A DNA stretch of 64,000 nt from Psilocybe cubensis (lineage: Eukaryota). The stretch covers positions 4,030,001 to 4,094,000 of the forward strand of contig CM038998.1 of the NCBI GenBank assembly GCA_017499595.2, in the 5' to 3' direction. Positions 54,901-64,000 of the stretch are shown here, one piece after another. Under the pieces are notes generated by a model. It was not told the origin of the DNA. It searched no databases and saw nothing but the letters and a program-made list of their open reading frames with translations. A program made the position numbers and the translations under genes. How positions within the stretch are numbered: position 1 is the first letter of the stretch; each line of letters begins with the position of its first letter.

Positions 54901-55982
54901 GAACTCAAAGCCCACCTAATACCTATAATTCCACTCCTTATCCCCCGCACTCTGTATCACCGTATCCGCCTAAGCCATCGAACAGTCCCCATCCACCCGG
55001 ACAGACATCTGCGCCTTACAGCTTCCCCAACGGGCCATCGTACCCACCTACGGCGTCTGCATATTCGGGTGAAGGTGGGACTTCTTATCCTGGACAATCT
55101 TCGGGTTCGGGATATCAACCTATGCACGGTTCAAACTATACATGGTCAAGTGGCCCGAGCTCCCATGCATCTCCTCCACACAGCCCACTTGGCGTAAGCG
55201 CCTCTTCGTTCCCCGCTCATTCAACGTATTCCCCATCACCGTACAATCCATCACAACCTCCCATACCGCAACAATACACAGGGCCTTCATTCCCTTCCTC
55301 TCCTCCAGGAGGATCGAGCCCTTACCAACCTCAGAGTCCCGATGTGTATTTCCCTCAAGCTCAAGCTCCAACTCCTGGCGCTGAAGGGAGCTACTACGGT
55401 CACAGCAACAATGTGAGCAGTGGTATCAGTATGCCTACAAGCTCCCCGTCTGCGTATCCCTACCCTTCACAATACGGGTCGTCTACACCGTCTTTCCCTG
55501 GACCAAACGGACCGTCTAATTTTGAGTATCCACAACCGGCGACATCTTCTGCTGCGTGGGGCCCCCCGTCTCTCCCTCCCCGTGAGCAGTCTTTTCTTTC
55601 TCTCTATGTAACAACCCCCCACGTTTTCTGTTGAATGCTCGTCTTCTTTTTGGGTTATATGATTAATGATTAATCTATTTATTTATAGGTCCTCCTACAC
55701 ATTCTGGGTACGGTAAACCTTCGAATGTGCCTGCCTTTCCTTCTTCTTCGGGAGGCACAAGCTCCGTCAGCAGTGGATTCGGGAAACTCGCATTAAGCGC
55801 GGTCGACAAGGTCGCAGGTAAGAAGACGAGAGAGCAGCTCGAAAGTCAGGTCGCCGGTATCGCTCAAAGTGAGTACCCCTTCGTTTTTTTTTCTACTTTT
55901 TCCAGAGTTCAGTATTAAGTGCTGACTTCGCTGTTATCGATTAGCTGGAAATAAGCTGTTCAACAAGTATATAAATAAATAA
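51968..55982 (+). CDS. GH99/GH71-like glycoside hydrolase fused to a long Pro/Ser/Tyr-rich tail; multi-exon
   Basis: FLVGYQGWF, WPDVS, RHFHWMAEHGVDGAFLQRF, YDVSG, GKPVVALWGFGF, SPWTIGRY, YIPVVFPGGS, YGAMWDEYDEGTA; then about 600 aa of low complexity; stop at 55980-55982. Confidence 0.8.
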
Positions 55983-57069
55983 ATTACGATGGATTGCGAT
56001 AAGGTAGGCTTTGCACGGACCCGATCGACTCTTTTTTTTTTCGCTTTAGTTCAGGGATCGGTTAGATATTCTATCGCGGCGACTATTTTCTGCTCGTTCG
56101 GAAGCGCAGTTCGTGTACTGCATTCTACCTGCACGATGTGATAGATAACCCTTTTCTTTGCGTCAGTTAGACATGGAAAACCTTCGATCCATTTTTATGA
56201 CAATGAATGTTCTATTAAGTGTCTAGGTTGGCGAGTGATATTGTAAAACTGTGAAATCACATTGCTATGTCGCTAAAAGCTTTGTCTGTTGGTTGTTGTT
56301 GTCGATAACACGCATCGATTAGACTGCATGGTCCTTGAATTTTCTTGAAGTCAACGGCCATACATTCCCGTTGACAGTAAATTGACGCGGGATAATATGA
56401 AGTCAACAAACCCTGGCTCATGGTAATAAGGTTTAAAGGCACGGTATTTGATAAATTGACGCCTCAGCAACGATGAGGTAAAAGAAGAATGGATGGTAGT
56501 GGACGGACAGCAATACATACAAAACGGCTTGGACAAAAGAAAGAAAAAGTCCTGGGGTGCCTTTGGAGGAGACCTCATTGTTTCTTTCTGGGTGCCATTG
56601 TTCTAGAAACCAGAGATCCGTGAGCTGCTTTGCGATGCAGCGCCTGCTGTCAATCAACATGTGTAAAAACATGAGGAGTACCATAAAAGTGGATGGGGTT
56701 GGTACACAAGGGGAAATCGAGCTGGAGAGAGGCATATGATCACAAGTATGGATAGATATCAGATGAAGAATAGACCGGATGGTTACAGATTGGTTAGACT
56801 GCATAGACTCCTATGAATGTGAAGCAAGTTTGATCGTATCTGAAGCTGAAGAGTCGTGCGAAAGGGAAGGCTCAGAGAAAGGCCCGGTTCGGACTGAGCT
56901 CCGCGACGGTCTACGTAAAGACTGAGCGAAGGTCAATTGCTCAATGGCAGGTGCCTGGACTTCCGAAATTCACATCTCGTTCGCATGAAGAGACGTATTG
57001 GATCGGAAAAAAATATATAACATCAAGTCAAGCTCGATTTCACCTCCCGCTTTTTTCGACGCTGTTACG

Positions 57070-58656
57070 ATGCATACACAATACGCCGTTCCCCCACATC
57101 ACAACTACTACTCCTCCCAAACTTTCTATCACGAGGCATATCTTTCGTCAAATGATGCACAAAATATCGCAAACTTCTCCAGAGGATCATCCTTAGCTTA
57201 CCAACAAAACTATCCTTACTTGCTTGACCGCGGAGAGCACTCCAGACTATGCACTTCAGGTCTTGTGGACTCTACTGCTGACGCCACCGGCTTGGGATTC
57301 GCCGGGAACTCTCTGGTTACCACTGGTGCCTTTGCAGGCGCCGAGGATATAGCAAGCTACAACCAGCAGCCGTGGGACTGGAGTAGTGCCCCTGAGGGAG
57401 AAACAAACGCGTCCTCTTCGCCTATCTATGCCTCACCGTCTGCTGAGGATGCGTACTTCAGGATTTCTAAAACGCCGGCAGATCATGAATCTAGTCTTCG
57501 TTCTCCAGCGCCTCAGCTTCCAACTCCTGCAGCAATGGCTATCCTCCTTAATCCGAATGGCCGATCTGAAGCAGAACCATCGCAGCCTGGTTGCCAATTC
57601 CCTCTTCCCTCCGAACTCGTCGCCAACCGCTCACCCGCCACAGCTAAATCCAATCGTCTCGTGGAACAGGTGGTTGCTAGCCAGGAAGGTATTCCTGAAT
57701 CAATATCGCGGGAGAAGAAACATGCATGCACCATGTGCCATAAACGGTGAGCTAGAGGCGTATCCATTTACCATAAATGCAGCCTGTTGATCGTTCGCTC
57801 CCAAAACCCCAGCTTCGATCGCCCTTCTACACTTCGTAAAGTAAGATATTCACCTGATGATTTCAAACTTTCTTGCGTTTATAACTTATACTTTTTGATA
57901 CAGCATCTTCTGGTACACACCGGAGAGAAAGGTATGTCGCGTTGGAATTTTAAAATACTCGTTACGCGTCCTGACAGCGTTCTCCTGCCCCTGCCTTCCT
58001 TAGCTTTTGTGTGTGATATTTGTGGTCGCCGATTTGGAGTCGCTTCCAATTTGAACAGACACGTCAAGCGTTGCGCCTTAAAACCTGTTAACACCCCTTC
58101 TCCATCAAAGTCCACTGCTGATTCCCCCACTGATACCATGAATTCTTCGATTCCCAATCCCTCAACCCCAACCACTTCGTCTGCAGAAAGCGGTGCACAA
58201 GGCCAAGAGCTCAGACGAGCAACCCGTATACATTCAAGCGCTCTCACTGCATCAAGAAGCTCTGCTCATTCCATGAACCCCGCTCATAATTCCAGAGTTT
58301 CTGGAGAAATACCCTCGGTCAGGGCACCCAAGCACCCAACCCAGAAACGCCGCCGACGCGCGCCTTCGCCTTCGCAATGGGTCCCCATCACTCTCCAGAA
58401 TCTTAACCTTTCGTCCGAAGACCTCCACCGCGCGACATGCGTTCCGTTGCCCCCTGTTCGACGCAATTACCCGAAAGAGGAGCGCGATTCCTGGGATGAG
58501 AACGTCGGAGTCTCCCCTTATCACCCGATTTCATGGACCGGGACGCTCCCTGGTCCGGGTTTAGGCCACGGGATCGGTTTGGGAGGAAAAGACCTCAAGA
58601 ACATGGAATTCGGCGGCAGAGGAGGTGTTATCCTAGGCCGTGTGCTCGTTTGTTGA
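57070..58656 (+). CDS. C2H2 zinc-finger transcription factor (two fingers); multi-exon
   Basis: Spliced HACTMCHKRFDRPSTLRKHLLVHTGEKAFVCDICGRRFGVASNLNRHVKRC. Confidence 0.9.
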
Positions 58657-59151
58657 CCACCACCACTGACCTTAGAACGTCATCCTGTTAGCATATCTTG
58701 CACCAACATATCGTCTCGTACATCACTGGGCTACTATATTGGACCCCTTCAGATACCCTCTCGATTTCCACGACCATAAATAACGAAACTGATGAAACTA
58801 TGGTGGATCTTGGTTACTTCTTTTCCTCGCTCAGACGGGCGTTATAGAGGACCCTTTCATATATCCATCTCCACATCACATTTTCTTGCCCTCTTATCCT
58901 CACTCAATTCTCTATCCTGCGGATGTCTATCGGTTATTGTTGGTTAGAACTTAGCGTATTGCCATTCTATACATGGATGGTTACTTTGTTGGACTACTAT
59001 CTTCTATCAAAATTGACTGTCAATATGAACGTGTTTGTACACTCGAAAAAATCGAAGAAATAAGCCGTTAAAATAGACTAAATCTTAAACCGTCAAGCTT
59101 TCGACGCTCAACAGTCACTGCAGACAGCTTGTCCATTTACGCAAAAATGCA

Positions 59152-59272
59152 TTCCCACTAGCCGATTTGAACGACTGACCTCGTCATATCCTGAAATGGA
59201 AGAATCCCTAATTTGGAAGTTGAATATCCTCGTGATTACTAGTGACGCGCTCTACCGCTGAGCTAAGCGGGA
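59152..59272 (-). tRNA. tRNA-Thr(AGT), 49-nt intron (59188-59236)
   Basis: Exons identical to the other two copies; T run downstream on the minus strand. Confidence 0.9.
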
Positions 59273-59871
59273 CATACAATCCTTGTCTAAATATAACGAC
59301 AACAGGCTCTGCTTCAGGGTGAGTTTCAGCGTACTTCTCATTGATAGAACTTTTTGCCTGTTACGTCGTGAGTCCTTCTTTAAACTCGAAGGCGGATGCA
59401 AAGTCCTCAATGGATCATGGATTTAATCATTGTGAGGCTAACTCTAACAAGGGATTCAGAAACCAACGCTGATCCGAGATCACCGCAAGGTCTTCATGGA
59501 TCATTCGTGGAGCATCCCAATTTTTGATTATGACCATTACTCAGAAGTAGTCACACACATTCTTTAATGCCACTTGACGAGTGGAAGATGTGTGCGCTTA
59601 AAATGGATAGGATGCTGTATCGTTTGGAGCTAGCTGTTTCCAGGATTGACTACTCTACGAATCATTGCTTTGAAAACATAAGCGCCCGTGATTTCAATTC
59701 AGGAGCACAGCTGGTAATTGCTATAACGGCATCCAATGTTCTCAATCCTACATATTAAATATCGATCTGGTATACAAACTGTGAAATAGTCCCTGTACAT
59801 GATATCTATAGTCTAGAAGTGTGCTTTGGAATAGTTATTCTTTCCGCCTCCAGCGACGCGAGGTAAAAGGC

Positions 59872-60817
59872 TTAATACTTTGGCTTTTTGCCAGAAACTC
59901 TATAGAACAACGATCCCTATAAATGAAGGACCATAAATTATCAGAGACATTTCATATCATTACTGTCCTGTCAGATAAATGGACTCACATTATAGATAGC
60001 TTTCACATCCTCCTTTCTCATGCCTCGACCATCGACTGGCCAAAGGAGGAGATATGTAGAAAGCCATTCAAACACGGCAGAAAACCAGCCAAACTGACAG
60101 GAATGATAAGCAGCAAGTTTGAATGCAAAATATGTTAAGCGAACTGACAGGATCGTATGGGTTTCGATTCCCGTGAACCATTCTGACACCCTCAGTGAAC
60201 GTAAGGTGGGTATGCGGTTCAGTGGAATACATGTTGAAAATGTATTCGAACCTATTGTCATCGAACTCGCCGAGTGTGGTGTAGACACCAGAATCTGATC
60301 CATGCTTTGCCTGACATCAAAGGTACGGTTAGAACAGTTGGAATCATAACGCCTGTCAGTGGAGCGGTCAAAAAGGTACGTACCCTATGCATGTACTTTA
60401 CTTTCAAGCGGAAAAAAGGGTCGGGAAGGATGCTTCCCCAGGTTATGTAACTGTAAAAACAAACAAACGCATGGCGGGTTACGAGATTTAGGCGATCAGA
60501 GGCGGTCATTGTCATGAGATATGTTCACACTTACGAGAACCCGCTATGAATAACAAGCATCGCCAGAATGGAGAGCAACACGCCGAACTTGAGTTCTCGA
60601 AATCCTCTATATCTGTCAGTGATTTACGTGAGTTTCGATATGAAATCGCTGTTGGCGCCCAAGTAAAAATGGAATTTTCGTACGTATCACCAGGCCAAAT
60701 AATACCATCATCGTCCCTGTCGAAAAAGGCGACGTGGGCTTGGAGGGCAGTGTTGTGCTTGCCAACCTCAAATCCTGTTCCAGGGGCTGCTGAAGGACCA
60801 TCCACTGGGGCGACCAT
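59872..60817 (-). CDS. Caleosin / peroxygenase; multi-exon
   Basis: TALQAHVAFFDRDDDGIIWPGDTY (His plus EF-hand), LPDPFF proline knot, KHGSDSGVY, FEW, GSLFY. Confidence 0.9.
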
Positions 60818-61773
60818 TATGAGAATTACAGGTACTGGTGCCAAAAGTTAAAACACAAGGGGGCTACAACACTGTTTTTCACGAAGGAACCGTGCTATAT
60901 ACTATAAATAATGACGTCACGGTTAATGAACAATTGACATCAGGCTGACATTGATGATCGGCCCCAGTCCATACTGCACTGTCGAGTTGATGTACAGACT
61001 GGACATCGATGCCATGCTAGACACCATGGGCTTATTCTATCAGTGCCTAGTACATGTATGATCGATTTCATCTGCTATATTATTTCCAATTTGAAGGTGG
61101 AAAGCTTCAAATCGTTTTTGACTATTAGTATTACCATCCCCATATAACATTGACATCAAACTGACAACAGTATGTACTCGGTTCGTGCCTGCGGAAGTTA
61201 AGGCAACTAAAGCTGGGAGACCTGCATCGCGTGTAAGCCTCGACAAGATAATTAGATCGAGAAATTCCCAATATCGCTCTGTCGGCGAACGCATTTAATC
61301 CTACAACCACGAGGGCATCATCTTTCATTCACATAGCCATGCGTTGCTTTTTTCGAAAATACCTTTAATCACAGTATTTTTTACACAATGATAGCAGCAT
61401 GCATCAAATCAATGATTTTCTCCCGCCTGAAGATGTCGGGCCCTTACTCCGTCATGATCAGCTATTAGATATCATGATATTATTCTATTTTCAGTGTTAA
61501 CTAAGGGATGATAGATTGCAGCAAGTATAGGTGAGTATTACTTGAATATATACAGTGACTTGGCCAGAAAGAGAGAATGCTGGGATCATTCCTGATTGAT
61601 ACAGTCCATCGTAAAGATAATCACGATTTCTACTAATACAAAAATGACAGGCAATCGTACAGAGTGTGTTTACAAAAGGATCGAAAAATAGATGATGTCC
61701 ATGCGAAAGAGGGGTGACTGTATGACCAGAATCCCTAATAAAGATAGATGAAGCAAACAAAGCAAGACATATT

Positions 61774-63519
61774 TTAGGCGATGTCCCGGCCGCTGATAGA
61801 TTCGCTCCCCGACGGATGCCGTTTTGAATCGTTGGAAGCGCTGACTTGGCGGCCATGGCCGGGTGTATTGGCACGGTTGCTGGTAGATTCATTGTTGGTT
61901 ACAGGCAGCTGCCCAGATATGTTAGCCATACCCGAAGCACTAGAGTTTGGACTATGGGCGGGTGTCGTCCGCGCTCCGTGGTTTCTGCTTGATGTAAGAG
62001 ACTGGAGGGTGTCGCTAGACGCTTGTTTACCTCGGTGGGCGGGTCGATTACCACCGTTTCGTGAAGATTCCGAATAGGCTGGTGGATTATATCGTCCTGT
62101 TCTTTGGCTTTGGCTGGGCGTGGTCGGACGAGTGACATCCATTCTCATTCCTCCGACCGGAGGAGCAGAAGGAGAGTCATATATCGGGAATCCACTGCCG
62201 TTTGATTGTTTTCTGTCGTGACCGATATTTGCCTGTTGTGGTGGAGTAACGAATGGTTCGATTACATCTTCAACGCGATTACCGGGAGGTGGTGAAGTGG
62301 TCACGGGTGGGGTAACTGGAGGTAGATTTGTCGCTCCGTAAGGGGCAGCGGTGGGCGCGACTGAGCTCATGAAAGGAACAGACCGCACGCTGGTGTTATG
62401 AGTAAAGATTGTGGGGCTCGTCGGAGGTCTGAAAGGTGCAGATCCAAGGGTAGTATATGCTTGGGAGGAAGTAGTAACATCTGACATCGAGCGCATGTGG
62501 CCAGGCATGCCTGAGAGCGGAACAGTGCCAGGAGCAGACTTTCGTTGTCGGCGAAGGATGTAGAGCGCAGCGGCGACGGCGGCAGCGATAACTACCAAAC
62601 CTCCGATGACACCTCCGACTATTGCACCCACATTTGTTGATTTTTTGTTAGAAGGAGGAGGAGCCTGACCTAAGTCGGCGTGATCTGCTCGAATGATGAA
62701 TATTGAGGACGATTGAGAGAATACAAACGTCAACACTGACTTTCTCTAGCTATCTGCTGTGCGCTTGCAACATTGAACTGTCTGCTGGGCCAGGTCGTGG
62801 CTAAATAATACATGTAAGGGAGATCTTGGCCTAGATAAGGCAAATATGACTTACGATCTGTCCCAGCCCAGAATGGTATAGTAAGATCGGTAGGAAGCGT
62901 GTAGTTGGAAGGGAAGTATCTATTGGTGGAGTCAGTCAAATTGGGGATGTCTAAAAACGACCAAAATACGCACGTAGTAGACAGTTTTCCAGAGCACATA
63001 GAAGAATAATCATCCCACCTAACCAAACGCAAAGTTAATGTTTGAAGGTATGCTGATTTTTAGACAAGGTCCTACATTGCGACAGTCGAAGTTGCATTTT
63101 GGCACATAGTACATGCACTAATCAGGTTATAGGAAGCCCATGAACTTTGAAAATAGTCAACAGAGCAATTCACTGCTAGAATAGTGCCTTCATACCATGT
63201 ACATAACGTTGCGGTACCAGCACTCGGATCGGGATTGTTGTATCGACCAGAGGTGAGGGAAGGGATAACCCAATCTATTGAATTTTTTTAATGCGACAAG
63301 CCAAGTATGTGAACACAGATCAAACTTACTGCCGCCATTACAGAGTGCGTCCAACTGAGCAACAACTTGACACGGTGATGCGTTGTGCGCATTGTCCATC
63401 CAAACAAAATCCTTAGTGCATGTCGCCGTGGTTTGCCCGGCCCGTCGTTGTAGACCACCTACGCCATACCCGAGAACAAGGGATGTCGAAGCAGCCAGCG
63501 TGCAGAGAATTGACAGCAT
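61774..63519 (-). CDS. Single-pass membrane protein with signal peptide and Cys-rich ectodomain; multi-exon
   Basis: Hydrophobic N-terminus; ATCTKDFVWMDNAHNASPCQVVAQLDALC; TM helix NVGAIVGGVIGGLVVIAAAVAAALYIL followed by RRQRK; Pro/Ser cytoplasmic tail with PPAY. Confidence 0.8.
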
Positions 63520-64000
63520 CGCAGTCGTCGATTTCGCAGTGGTCTGTGAGGGTTCCGAGCAGAAAGGACCAGGCTGATAAAGCGAAGCCAGGGGCTATAA
63601 TATGCTCTGTATAAACATGTGAGTTTTACGGTGTTCTGTGTGAGAAGATTTACTTCGCAGCCAATCGAGATCTAGGTAGGCGCCCTGTCGTGCCGTTGTG
63701 CTAAATGCAGATACGCGGCAAGGCCAAGCGATGGCACCGCCTAGGTCATCGGCACCTCCGACATTTGTCTGGATCAATGCACCCCATGCGGCAAAGTATT
63801 CACCCAAGGTCTAAAAATTCTTTTGCCGAAGAGGAATGTCCATGCATGGTTCTTGGGTTCTTCATTTTGCAAAGAAAACGGCAGCTGACAATCAATTAAA
63901 AAAGGGAGACCGTGTTAGATTGTTACTGGAGTAAATGTATTTTTTTAAAAAGCAGGACTTACGGACCCGTCGTCATAGTTTGCATATTTTCTCCTCAGTT

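Overview
Intron-rich fungal genomic DNA; gene families and intron style point to an agaricomycete. Ordinary genes: a PuuE/CE4-type deacetylase, three MFS transporters, a Med9-like subunit, a MYND-finger protein, two NmrA/EasG-like oxidoreductases, a YFH7-like P-loop kinase, a GH99/GH71-like protein with a long Pro/Ser tail, a C2H2 transcription factor, a caleosin, a single-pass membrane protein and three intron-containing tRNA-Thr(AGT) genes. Three paralogous fungal-type (FunK1) kinase genes flank a decayed central block (about 23.6-40.1 kb) containing intron-retaining CAF1/POP2 and BZZ1 pseudogenes, a solo LTR and a TIR element; a second TIR element lies at 1.0-2.6 kb. The standout is a young 1583-bp LTR element (31759-33341, minus strand) with identical 277-bp LTRs, a 5-bp target-site duplication and a polypurine tract. 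Its 11-nt primer-binding site is complementary to its own LTR (Tf1-type self-priming geometry). Its only credible ORF encodes a KH-domain RNA-binding protein, and it has no pol. All gene models and alignments were read by eye, and no database search was run.
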